Both the position numbers and the translations under genes were made by a program. A model generated the notes under the pieces. The model was not told the DNA's origin and made no database searches. It saw only the letters and a program-made list of their open reading frames with translations. Positions 49,292 through 64,000 of a stretch of 64,000 bases of DNA are shown piece after piece. Numbering within the stretch: the first letter of the stretch is position 1; each line of letters opens with the position of its first letter. The stretch comes from the human T2T-CHM13v2.0 reference genome, Homo sapiens: the NCBI RefSeq assembly GCF_009914755.1, contig NC_060943.1, one strand, 5' to 3'.

Positions 49292-49315
49292 GATGCACCT
49301 TCAAAGGGGAAATGA

Positions 49316-49654
<339 letters not shown>

Positions 49655-50274
49655 TAATTTAATAAAGAGAGTATTTACAGAAATGTATGGACAGGGTTAA
49701 GGGAAACCAACAAGGGATAGCAAACTATTTGAAGCTAGCAGCACCGATAGCCATTGCCCCTCCTCCTAGACCAGAAGGAGTTGAGGAGAAAATGGTTACC
49801 AAAGCCCAGGATACAGCAAGACCCAAGACAGCCTGGCAGAGAGGGGCTGGAGGAATGAATGCTCTGACATCATTGCAACTACCCTTTCATCCTCTGCTGA
49901 AGCCTCCCATTCACTGACCTCATCCAAAGCCAAGAGGTGAGTCCACTGATGTAATCTACACAGGCCAGCCTCCTGGGCACATAGTAGAGTGGAGAAAGGT
50001 AAAGGGTGGACCTAGGAGGGAAAATGAAAAACAGGTGGCAGAGATCAATCTATTTGCTCCTCACTTGCTCTTTAGAATGGGGGATTCCAGCCAACCCAGG
50101 TTTTTAACCAAAGAGCTAAAGACACAGAGGGAAAGGATGGAGAACGCTCTTTGTTGGCACAACTGCAGTAATTGCACTTGATCTTTGTCCAGATGAAAAA
50201 AAAATCTACTGTCAATTCAGCCATATTTCCATCAGAGGTCTTCATAAAAGGCCGCAGAAATGTGTTAAAGAAAT

Positions 50275-50410
50275 AATTAGTAGCGGGATGTGGTGGCACG
50301 CACCTGTAATCCCCACCTACATAAAAGGCAGGAGGATCACTTGAGCCCAAGTTCAAGAACAGCCTGAGCAAAATAGCAAGACCTGGTCTCAAAATAAAGA
50401 AATAAATAAA
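50275..50410 (+). mobile_element. Alu monomer
   Basis: Single degenerate arm. Confidence 0.75.
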
Positions 50411-50697
50411 AAATTTATTTTTAAAAATAAGCAATTAGCAAATATAAAAAAGTGGCTGCTATAGTCACCACTTCTATAACTAGTCCTGACGCCAGGGTGC
50501 TGAATACATAATTAATTGATTGATTAGAAATGCAAGAGACTATTCTGTCATTAATTATAATTGCATGCATGCAGTTGCCCTGGATATTTCCTGTGAAAGA
50601 CTTTATCATCTTAATTATAGATCTTCCAAAAGAGACAGCCTTAAATAAAATGTATAGATATGTCTCTCTTTTGCGCAGGGGGTGGAGGGGTACTTAG

Positions 50698-51111
<414 letters not shown>

Positions 51112-52279
51112 TAAAAAAAATAAACTCTTTGTATTTTTAATCAGCCTGATTCAGCTTCTGTTGTGTGTCTGTTACAAAGAAGTAAGTGAATTTACAACAT
51201 CTTGTCCAATTAAATGGGATTTAAAGCAGGAACTTAGAAGCTACCTAAAAAGGAGTTATTACCTTAGAATTAACAGGCTGTTGGATGTCAGGGCCCATGT
51301 TAGGAAAGATTATGAAGATTAAGAAAAGAAGACCCAGAGCTCTGCTCAGATTAACTAAATTCCCAAGCTGTAAAGTAATTACCCCAAGACCCATGGTCAA
51401 AAGAAATGGATTATGATCCCTGATATAGGAAAAAAAAAAAACAAACCTACAAAACCCAGAATAAGGAAGAGATAAGCGACCAAAAATATACCATCCAGAT
51501 CATTAAATCATTTGGAATTAAGAAAATGTTTACTGCAGTACTGGTTCTCACTCCTACAAAAAAAGAAAGGAAGGATAGAAAAAACCATATTGGTTTTTGG
51601 TTTTTTTGTTTGTTTTGTTTTATCAGAGAACTTTGAAGTATTTAGCATTTTAACCTGGTCTTTAATGGTCCAATATTTCTCTACCATGACTGGCAAGATT
51701 TGTGTGGCTGGGAATTTAATCAGAAAAGTAAAGAGAAGTGATTTCCCCACAAACTCTCAGATACACGTGGCAGATGTGGTTGGTTCTGGATCTTGAATAT
51801 AGCACCATTATAATGTAGAGAAGGCAAAGCACCATAGGACTGTAACTTGCAAAAATTTTCATGCAAAGATTGCTCCCCCAGGGCCAAAAGTTGGAACTTT
51901 AAAATTATTTATGGACCCAATCCCCTTTCTGAAGGTGAGTTGATGTACCCCTGTGCAGTAGTATTTGTCTATTACATTTTTCATCAGAGAGTACTTTAGA
52001 CACCAAGCTTTCTTTTCTGAGTGGCTGCGTAAATTTATAGTCTTAGCACTCTATAACAAGGGGTAAGCATAGCAATGAAATATCACTGAGGAATTTATTG
52101 ATCCTTTATTGAGATATGGCGACATGATTGCAGGACAGAAAAGAATGGATTCTTGTCAAAGCCAGGATTTGAATTCAGCCAGTTCACATTTTTAACCATA
52201 CTATACTGTATCTTGGAGGGTCTGAAGGATGCACAAGACAAGGTGAATTTTTTGCCAAGAAGTCCACACTCAACCTCTG

Positions 52280-52720
52280 GGGTAGGCTGAATAACGGTCC
52301 CCAAAGATGTTCACATCCTAACCCCCAGAACCTGGGAATATACTGCAGTTTCCCTTACATGGCAATAGGGATGTTGCACATATGAAGCTAAGGATTTTTT
52401 TTTTTTTTTTTGAGACAAAGTCTTGCTTTGTCACCCAGGCTGAAGTGCAGTGGTACCATCCTGGTTCACTGCAGCCTCGACCTCCCAGGCTCAGCAATTT
52501 ACCCACCTTGGCCTCCCAAAGTGCTGGGACTACAGGCATGAGCCACTGGACTGGCCGAAATTAAGGATCTTGAGATGGAGAGATTATCCCGAATTATCTA
52601 GTGTGCCCAATCTAATCACCGGGTCCTTATAAGAGAGAGAAGATGTAAGGACAAGGCAGAGGTCAAAGAGGAGAGAAGAAGCCACGCTGCCGGCTGTGAA
52701 GGTTTTACTCGTAGTGACTG
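52280..52720 (+). mobile_element. MLT1 (MaLR) LTR fragment interrupted by an Alu
   Basis: gtaggctgaataacggtccccaaagatgt...ccttacatggcaa...gagatggagagattatcc...ctaatcac...gtccttataagag. Confidence 0.75.
52396..52556 (-). mobile_element. Alu monomer (arm-recombined)
   Basis: Right-arm tail joined to the left-arm start. Confidence 0.8.
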
Positions 52721-53379
52721 TGAAGCCACTGCCAGTAATAAGCAGAGAAGAAACAGGATCTGATTTGCATTTCGACAGGAGAATGACTTCGCAGGGAAGG
52801 GATAGAAGCAGAGAGTCCAGTTAGAAAACTATTGCAATATCCCAGGGAAGAGGTGATCTGTGTCCTGGCCCAGGTGTTAGCATGTGGAATACTTCACAGA
52901 TAAAGCCAATGGGATTTGCCGACATATCAGACATGACATACGGAAGAAAGAGAGGAGTCTGTCAAAGATGACTCCAAAGATTTCAGCCTAAGCAAAGGGA
53001 AAGATGCAGGTGCTGTTAACTGAGACGGGGAAGCCTGCGGGATAAGCAGGTTTGGGACGGAAGATCAGGATCTCAGCTTTGGATACAAGTAATTTGAGAG
53101 CCCATTAAACATTCAAGTGCAGAATTCAGAGGAGAGGTTTGCAGTGCCAATATAAGTTTGAGACTAACGGTGGATACAGAGATACCCTGTCCAGATCCCT
53201 CTTCCAAGCAGGATTTGCTGCTTCAGCCACTGGGAGTGCTGTCAGCAGACAACTTTCTGCTGTCAAGTCCTTCAGGACCAGCCTCAATTGCAGAGAGCTG
53301 CCTTGACCAAATGCACACCTCTCCGGGGAAAGCCCCAGTAAGGAATATAAGGCCCAGCAATCTGAGCCAAACAGATAAC

Positions 53380-53785
53380 AAGTCTAATAAGCTATTCTCT
53401 TCATAAATTTGTACGGCTAAAACAGAATACCTGAGACTGGGTAATTTACAAAGAACAGACATTTATTTTCTCATGGTTCTGGAGGCTGAGAAGTCCAAGA
53501 TCAAGGCGCTAGCAGACTCAGTGTCTAATGAGGGTCTTATCTGTGCTTCCAAGATGGTGCCTTGAACACTGTGTCCTCCAGAGGGGAGTAACACTGGTAG
53601 AAGGCGGAGGGCAAAAAAGGATAAACTCCCTTCATCAAGCCCTTTTATAATACCATTAATCCATTCACGAAGGTGGAGCCTTCATGACCTAAACACACCC
53701 CAAAAGTCTCACCTCCCAACACTGTTGGATTGGAGATTAAGGTTCCAACACACGAATTGTGGGGGACACATTGAGACCACAGCAG
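53380..53785 (-). mobile_element. MLT1A/MST-type MaLR LTR nested in an older LTR-like fragment (~53170-53965)
   Basis: aacagaatacctgagactgggtaattta...tctggaggctgagaagtccaagatcaagg...catgacctaaacac...ggggacacatt. Confidence 0.7.
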
Positions 53786-54190
53786 CTATCTATGCTGCAG
53801 AGCTCTTGCAGGGTTGACCATGGCCAAGGTTGTGCCACGTCTAATTCAAATTCTCCATCTGCTCAACCCTGGCTCCCCTCTCCCTTCCACAGGCGTCAAC
53901 CCCTAATAAGTCTCTTGCACCCCAAACTGCATCTTAGTGTCTGCTTCCAGAGAACTCAAACAACAACAGCCCTCAACAGCATATAGACGGTTATGCAAAG
54001 CCTAGAAGTTGCATTTACCTTATTAACAGGTTCTTAAAGTATTTCATGCCAACTTCCCAAAAAAATAGACTCTTCTCTGTCCAGTGAGCCTAACATCCTG
54101 ACCTGGAGAGGCAAGAGCAGGATTTTTTAAAAGCACTTCATAGAGGCCACAGTAGGAAAGGCCAAAGATGCCCAAACTCATCAGTATTCA

Positions 54191-54370
<180 letters not shown>

Positions 54371-54412
54371 TCATACCCAGCAGACTGTCGAAATGTAAGT
54401 CTCTCAATATCA

Positions 54413-54769
<357 letters not shown>

Positions 54770-54779
54770 TCACACTTCT

Positions 54780-55870
54780 GCATGGATCGAAATAAAAAAA
54801 TAAATACATGAGGAGAAGGGATGGTTCTATCTTTCAGTAGATTTACAATTTATAAATGTAAAAGGAGAAAGGAATATGAAAAATTACCATTAGTCAAATG
54901 TCACAGCAATAACTGTTGCAGACAAGATCCACCAATGGATGCTAAAATTTGTGGGCAAAAGTTTGAGAAGGAAAAAGACTTGTATAGTCTCAAAAAATCT
55001 CCTTCAAGATAGTTTTTAATTACCAAGGGGAAAATAGTAACTTTACAGTGGAGATGTGCAGCATACAGCAATTTAAGTGATCAAGGTCAGCATCACCAGC
55101 AATAAGATACACTGACATCAGGTGCCTCCTGATATCATGCACTGAGAAGGACACAACATCATTTCTGTGGCGTTCTTGGCAAAAACTCATAACTTTAGTC
55201 CAGTCATGAGAAAATGTCAGACAAGCCCAAATTGAGGAATATCCTATAAACTAACTGATCAGTACCATTCAAAAGTGTCAAAGTCAGTTGGGCATGGTGG
55301 CTCACACCTATAATCCCAAAGCTTTGAGAGGTTGAGGCAGGAGGATTGCTTGAGGCCAATAATTCAAGATCAGCATGTGCAACACAGTGAGACCCCATCC
55401 TGACAAAAAAAATTAGCCGGGCACCATGGCATGTGGCTGTAGTCCTAGCTACTCAAGAGGCTGAGGCAGGAGGATCCTCTGAGTCCAGGAGTTGAAGGTT
55501 GCAGTGAGCTATGATCGCACCACTGCACTCCAGCCTGGGCGACAGAAAGAGACCCTACCTCTTAAAAAAGCAAAGTGTCAAAGTCATGAAACACAAGCAA
55601 ATACAGAGGAAATGTTCCTGTCTAGAAGAGACACAACAACTGAACACAATATGGGAGTCTGGAACAGAAAAAAGGAAAAAAAAAGGACATCAATAGAAAA
55701 AGTGTTAACATTCAAATAAGATTGGTAGTTTAGTTGATACTGTGATACCAATGTTAATTTCCTAGTTTTGATCATTGTGCTATGCTAATAACAATAGGGG
55801 GAGCAGGATGAGAGATATGTGGGACCTCTCTGTACTATCTGCACTTTTCTGCAAGTCTAAAATTATCTAG
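54780..55870 (+). mobile_element. Old L1MC/ME 3'UTR fragment with nested Alu
   Basis: aattaccaaggggaaaatagtaactttacagtggag...gatcaaggtcagcatcacc...ctgcaagtctaaaattat. Confidence 0.65.
55288..55570 (+). mobile_element. Alu (J-type)
   Basis: Sense dimer; aaagtgtcaaagtca flanking repeats. Confidence 0.9.
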
Positions 55871-56310
55871 CATTACAGCTTCCACCTCACTCTCTGCGTT
55901 AACTTGCTCACCATCTGGCCCTCCCCACAGTCCCCATCATGTGGCCTAGCTTCCCCTAGAGCAAGTGGACCCAGAGGAGTGTGAGTGAGCCCCCTTGGAA
56001 GGGCATTCTCCAGTTCCTTTAAACCCTTCTGATGACTGAACCCCAGGCCAGTGCCTTCGAACCAGAACCATGTGGATAAGCTGCTCTCAAATACTTGACC
56101 CACAAAAAGTGTGTGAGACAATAAATGTTTACTGCTTTTACCTCCCAGATTTTCTTTTTGAAATTCAGAAAGTTGTTGTTGCACATAATGACGACTAGAT
56201 GGCACCAGAATTCCAAGGATAGAAGCAGGCTGCCAGCATCATGAACTCAATTGCCTCTGAGTTTGTTTACAAATTTATTGCAATCCCAATACAGATATCA
56301 TCAAGGGTTT

Positions 56311-56341
<31 letters not shown>

Positions 56342-56345
56342 GTGT
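56311..56345. repeat. (TG)n microsatellite
   Basis: Direct reading. Confidence 0.88.
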
Positions 56346-56429
56346 TTTCTTTTTTTGCCCCAGAGCTAGAAAGAAGCAGTAGCAGCCGTGGCTGCCACCA
56401 ACTTAGGCAGTAGCTCTACCAAATACTTA

Positions 56430-56826
<397 letters not shown>

Positions 56827-57448
56827 TTAAAATGTGTTACTGATGCATAAATAAGCAGACAGATCAAAAGAAGGTTAGAAAATCCAAAGACAGAAGCAAT
56901 TGCTGATGGAGATTTATATGATGATATAGTAATTTCTAATTCAGGAAGGGACTTTAGAAAAGGTTTTAATTTAGTAGTGTAGAAACAACTAGATGACCAC
57001 GTGAAAACAAAGAAGCTTGAATGCATTTCCCACCCCATATACCAGATTAAATCCTAAACATATCAAAGATCTAAATGAAAAAACACAGCCTCACAGATAA
57101 TAAAACACTGGTGAGTTCCCTCATTACCGGGGAGGGTGTAAATTTTCCAAACTATTACTCAAGATCCAGAAGCCATAAAAGAGAATTTTGTTAAATGACC
57201 AAACAAAAAAAAAACAAAAACCTTTTGCGTGGCCACAAAATAAGCCATACACAACCAAAAACTACAGATGACAAAATAAGAAAAATATTTACCACTTATA
57301 TCACAGAAGAGAAAGAGTTAAAATCCCTAAAATATAAAGTGTCTAAAAATTAAGGGAAAAAAAACAAGAAACCTATTGAAAGCGGGCAAGATACATAAAC
57401 AGAGAGTTCACGTTAAAAAATGCAAATGCCACCTAAATTTATAAAAAT

Positions 57449-58050
57449 AGCCAGACACAGTGGCTCATCCCTGTAATCCCAGTACTTTCGAAGGGAAGGT
57501 GAGGGGATTGATTGATCCCAGGAGTTTAAGACCAGCCTGAGCAAGATGACAAGACCTTGTCTCTAAATAAAATAAAATAAATTAGCTGAGTGTGGTGGCA
57601 CACACCTGTGATCCCAGCTACTCGGGATGCTGAGGTGGGAGGATGGGAGGACTGCTGGAGCCCAGGAGTTCAAGGCTGCAGTGAGCTATGATTGCACCAC
57701 TGCACTCCAGCCTGTGTGACCGAGTAAGACCCTGTCTCAAAAAATAAAAAATAAAATATCACACCTGTAATCCCAGAATTTTGAGAGGCTGAGGCAAGCA
57801 GATCACCTGAGGTCAGGAGTTCAAGACCAGCCTGGCCAACATGGCATGGTGCATGCCATGTTGCAGCCAGGCAACATGGTGCAGCCAGGCATGGTGGCAT
57901 GCACCTGTAATCCCAGCTACTCAGGAGGCTGAGGCAGGAGAATCGCTTGAGCCTGGGAGACGAAGGTGGCAATGAGCCAGCCGAGATTGTGCCACTCCAC
58001 TCCAGCCTGACTGGCAAAGCAAGAGCCTGTCTCAAAAAATAAAAAATAAA
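57449..58050 (+). mobile_element. Two tandem Alus (57449-57757; 57759-58050, the second with a scrambled linker)
   Basis: Sense Alu sequence. Confidence 0.88.
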
Positions 58051-58528
58051 CTAAAGCTCAGCCTCACTCATAATAAAAGAAACACAATTAAAACTGCCCT
58101 GAGATCCTATTTCTCACCTAACAGATTAGCAAAAATCCAAATGTTGGACAGCCCTCTTGTTGGCAACGCTGTGGGGAAACAGGGACTCTTCCATTTTACT
58201 GATGGAATATAAAAAGATAAAACCTCCATGGAGGAGAATTTGGCAATATCTAGTGAATTTGCCCTTTGACTCAGCAATCCTACTTCTAGGAATTAGGTCC
58301 AAAGACACAGACAGAAATAGGAAACTTCATATGAACGTGCCTCTTCACTGGAGCCCTACGCATGATAGCAAAAAACTGGAAACTATTGCAATAGCCATGA
58401 AGAGGGTGCTGCTTAATTCAACTATGCTATATCCACAAATACAGAGCACTGTACAGCTGTGAAAATAAGATATATTAAGATTACATATATATGTGATGTG
58501 TGTGTATGTACAAGTGTGTACACACGTG

Positions 58529-58857
58529 TTTTTTTGTTTTGTTTTTTTGACTATTTGTTTGTTTTGTTTTGTTTTGAGACAGTCTTGCTCTGCCGCCCAG
58601 GCTGGAGTGCAATGGCACGATCTCAGCTCACTGTAACTTGCACCTCCCAGGATACAAGCCATTCTCCTGCCTCAACCTCCCTAGTAGCTGGGACTACAGG
58701 CACGTACCATGACGCCCTGCTAATTTTTGTATTTTTAGTAAAGATGGGGTTTTGTCATTTTTACCAGGCTGGTCTTGAACTCCTGACCTCAAGTGATCCG
58801 CCCACCTCAGCCTCCCAAAGGTCCTGGGATTACAGGCGTGAGCCACCACACCCGGCC
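58529..58857 (-). mobile_element. Alu (S-type)
   Basis: Antisense dimer. Confidence 0.92.
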
Positions 58858-58966
58858 CATGTGTACACACATATATAGTCACCTCCAAGATGTAGTTAAG
58901 TGAAAAAACCAAGGTGCAAATTGGTATGAACAGGATGTACCTTTTGCTCAATAGAGAGGAAAATGA

Positions 58967-59271
<305 letters not shown>

Positions 59272-59664
59272 AAAACAATGTCTTAAAGTAATTTAAGATA
59301 TATTAATTTGACATAAATCCCTAATGGGGTATATCCTCCTGGAAAAAAAAGCACCATAAGAAAATCTTAAACTATATTTAGTCATCATATTACTAGTGAT
59401 AGTATTGATATTTTAAAATTTTATATATGCACATATATATTCAGATATGCATATATATTCACATACTTCAAAACGTATGCTGATGTCACTACAATTCAAA
59501 ATTCTCTTTTTTTCTTTGAGAATTCAACATTCTCTGAATAAGAAAAAAGAGGCATAATAATAACATTTTAGAAGTTGTAAAGGGCAAAACTAAACTATGG
59601 ACACACATTTGGATAACTAATTACTATAAAGAAACACAGAGATGATTGCTATAAAAGTCAGGCT

Positions 59665-59963
59665 GGCCAGGCACGGTGGCTCACGCCTGTAATCCCAGCA
59701 CTTTGGGAGGTCCAGGCGGGCGGATCACCTGAGGTCAGGAATTCAAGATCAGCCTGGTCAACATGGCGAAACCCCATCTCTACTAAAAATACAAAAAAAT
59801 TACCTGAGTGTGGTGGTGCACATCTGTAATCTCGCTACTGGTGAGGCTGAGGCATGAGAATCACTTGAACCTGGGAAGTGGAGGTAGCAGTGAGCCGAGC
59901 TCATGCCACCTCACTCCAGCCTGGATGACAGAGTGAGACTCTATCTTAAAAAAAAAAAAAAAA
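59665..59963 (+). mobile_element. Alu (S-type)
   Basis: TSD aaaagtcaggct. Confidence 0.93.
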
Positions 59964-60639
59964 AAAAGTCAGGCTGAGGGTTAATTTTGGTAGAGAGAAG
60001 GGAGGGGCTGGGCCTGGGCGCCTGGGCTAGGGCACGTGGAGAGGCTTATGAACAGCTGGCAAATTCTATTTCTTGACTTACATGTGGTTACAAGTGGCTT
60101 GCCTTAAAATAACACAATTTGTGTGTTTCGCTGAATTTCAGGAACTCCTATTTTAAGAACTTCCTGGGGTTTTTTTTTTTTTTTTAACAAAGAAATGTAG
60201 TACTTTGTTTTTTAAAAGGAAGATTTTTATTATATGAATCAATACCTAATAAATTAGAAGCAAAGCCTCTTGCAGAGAAAAAGATCCACCAATAAGGAGA
60301 TCTGCGTTTCTTCAGGGGAAAAAAAAAATCATCTCCATCACAGAATTGAAAACAAAGGAATAATCGTACAGATTTGGGAAGCTGGGGACTTTGCCTTTGT
60401 TTTCCTTATTTTAAATTAGGAATGCTGGCTGATGAAATCAGAGCACCCTGTGAAAAGAACTGTACCAGACATCTTGATCAGCACCATTTTGGGCCTCTGC
60501 AATGTCAAATAAATTTGAATATATTTTTGCTTTTACAACGTTATGCTAGCTGTGAAACCACTTGAAATGCAGCATTTCCTGACAATGACAAAGCTCCTCC
60601 ACGGGAAACTCTCTTTCTTTCTAATGTGTTAAGAAATAG

Positions 60640-61215
<576 letters not shown>

Positions 61216-61259
61216 CACTTACAAGATTATAGTGAGATCAAACGTGGAGAACTTCTGAT

Positions 61260-61445
61260 CCAGATTCAAATGGTCTAGATTTATATTCTGGCTCCCTCAC
61301 TTACTAGCTGCGTGACCTTAATCAAATCACTTAACCTCTCTGATTCTGTGACCACACACATAAAACTGAGATATGACAATGCCTACCTCCTAGAGGTTGT
61401 CATGAGAATAAACTGTTTTAACAGAAGTAAGACACTTAGGACAGG
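61260..61445 (+). mobile_element. MIR SINE
   Basis: ctggctccctcacttactagctgcgtgaccttaatcaaatcacttaacctctctga...aatgcctacctcctagaggttgtcatgagaataaa is the MIR core. Confidence 0.8.
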
Positions 61446-61678
61446 GCAAAGCTATCTTGAGCCTTACTAGGCCAAGGGACCAGAGAAGCTCAGATCCAAG
61501 CACTCCATACTGAGTGGCCATGCTGCAAAACTCCCACAAACCCCAAATCAACACAGATTGGCTGGGCAAGGTGGCTCGCACCTATAATCCCAGCACTTTG
61601 GGAGGCTGAGGTGGGTGGATCACTTGAGCCCAGGGATTTGAGACGAAAGAAAGAATGAGAGAGAGAGAGAGAAAGAGA

Positions 61679-61742
61679 GGAAGGAAGGAAGGAAGGAAGG
61701 AAGGAAGGAAGGAAGGAAGGAAGGAAGGAAGGAAGGAAGGAA
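61679..61742. repeat. (GGAA)16 microsatellite
   Basis: 64 nt of uninterrupted GGAA. Confidence 0.95.
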
Positions 61743-62025
61743 GTTAGGAAGTTTATTCTCTTACTGTTCTGGAGGTCAGAAGCCAACAATCAGCTTCCCT
61801 GGGCAAGCAAACAAGAAAGAGAAAAGAAAGGAAATAACACAGATTTATTCTCTTACAGTTCTGGAGGTCAGAAGCCAGCAATCAGCTTCCCTGGGCTAAA
61901 GTCAAGTGGTTGGCAGGGCTGATTCTTTCTGGAGGCACTGAGGGAAGACCTTATGTCCTTGTCTTTTTAGCCACCCGTATCCCCTGGCTCGTGGCCCCCT
62001 CCTCCTTCTCCAAAAGTGGCCCTCG

Positions 62026-62302
62026 GCTGGGTGAGGTGGCTCATGCCTGTAATTCCAGCACTTAGGAAGACCAAGGCGGGTGGATCACCTGAGGTCAGGA
62101 GTTCAAGACCAGCCTAGCCAACATGACAAAACCCCATCTCCACTAAAAATATAAAAATTAGCCAGACGTAATGGTGAGCACCTGCAATCCCAGCTACTCA
62201 GGAGGTTGAGGCAGGAGAATTGCTTGAACCCAGGAGGCGGAGGTTGCAAAGAGCTGAGATCACACCACTGCACTTCGTCTCAAAAAACAAACAAACAAAC
62301 AA
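62026..62302 (+). mobile_element. Alu (S-type)
   Basis: Sense dimer. Confidence 0.92.
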
Positions 62303-62569
62303 ACCCGCATCCCTCTAATGTTTGCTTCCATTGTCACATCGACATCCCTCTGACCAACTTCTCCTGTGTCCCTCTTGTAAGGATCTTTGTGATTCTATTC
62401 AGGACCCACCCAGGTAACCCAGGATCATTTCCCCAACTGAACAAACTTAATCACATCTGAGAGTCCATTTTGCCATATAAGGGAACGTTCACAGGTTCTA
62501 GGGATTAGGATGTATAAACCTTCTTAATTATTATTAATACTTAGCCAAGCCTTGTGGGGCAAGAGAAAC

Positions 62570-63502
<933 letters not shown>

Positions 63503-64000
63503 AGGACATGGAAACTTTGGAGGCCACATTATTCAGCCTACCACAGTCTCAAAGTGTGGTCTGATTCCATTCTGTTGGCTGTTTTATTTCTTCAGGTCTC
63601 AGACCTTACGTGGACCTATGGGTGCTACTTAGGACGTAGGTCCAGCCAGAAGTCAGAGAAGGCTACTGGAACTGCCAGTTCAGGACCCTTGAGCTCCCCT
63701 GTTACATGCCTTTGTGCAAATTAGGAAAAGGCTGTCCTCCCTTCCTCTGGGTAGACACAGCTCCACACCAGGATGTGTGGCTGGTGAAAGGGCACAGGTT
63801 GCATTTCAGCCTCCACATGCCTCCTGGGTCAAACAAATTTGTGCAGTGCACAACCTATACAACCCCAGTTTAAGGCACAGGGCCCCCACCTCACCCTGAT
63901 TTAAAAAAAAAAATTAGGGAAGCATGCCCAGTCTTATTCTTGTCTTTCTCGGTATAATTTAGATCTGCACAAACTTTCTATCATGACTCACACTTCCTGA

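Larger units (their letters stand above)
61505..62512 (-). mobile_element. MLT1 (MaLR) LTR split by Alus
   Basis: tttattctcttacagttctggaggtcagaag...ggcagggctg...ccttgtaaggat...taatcacatctg...acaggttctagggattagga. Confidence 0.75.

Overview
Primate, almost certainly human, euchromatic DNA that is very repeat-dense. The left end holds the CpG-island promoter and first exons of a minus-strand KRAB zinc-finger gene. Its spliced start, MVH|, matches ZNF780A/B as I recall them, and the neighbouring V1R pseudogene favours ZNF780A at 19q13.2; the locus is recognised from memory and not verified. The rest is intergenic: a disrupted vomeronasal type-1 receptor pseudogene (37534-38441, -), about 45 Alus, old and young L1 fragments, a hAT-Blackjack transposase relic and MaLR/ERV1 LTRs. 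A decayed ~12.4-kb ERV1 provirus (20533-32979, -) has collected young insertions. Highlights: (i) a U3 snoRNA-L1PA2 chimeric retrocopy inside one 21-bp TSD (29734-30932); (ii) two near-identical young SVAs, head to head and 7.3 kb apart; (iii) a 57-bp near-perfect hairpin built from an L2-like fragment; (iv) an L1-derived candidate exon ending ATG|gt in frame with the ZNF ORF, plus a uORF; (v) an L1 with a mini 3' transduction, an AluYd8, a (TTTTA)/(TTTCA) Alu-tail repeat and a (GGAA)16 microsatellite. Nearly all ORFs in the supplied track are repeat-derived. Repeat boundaries are approximate unless TSDs are quoted, and subfamily names come from recalled consensus sequences.
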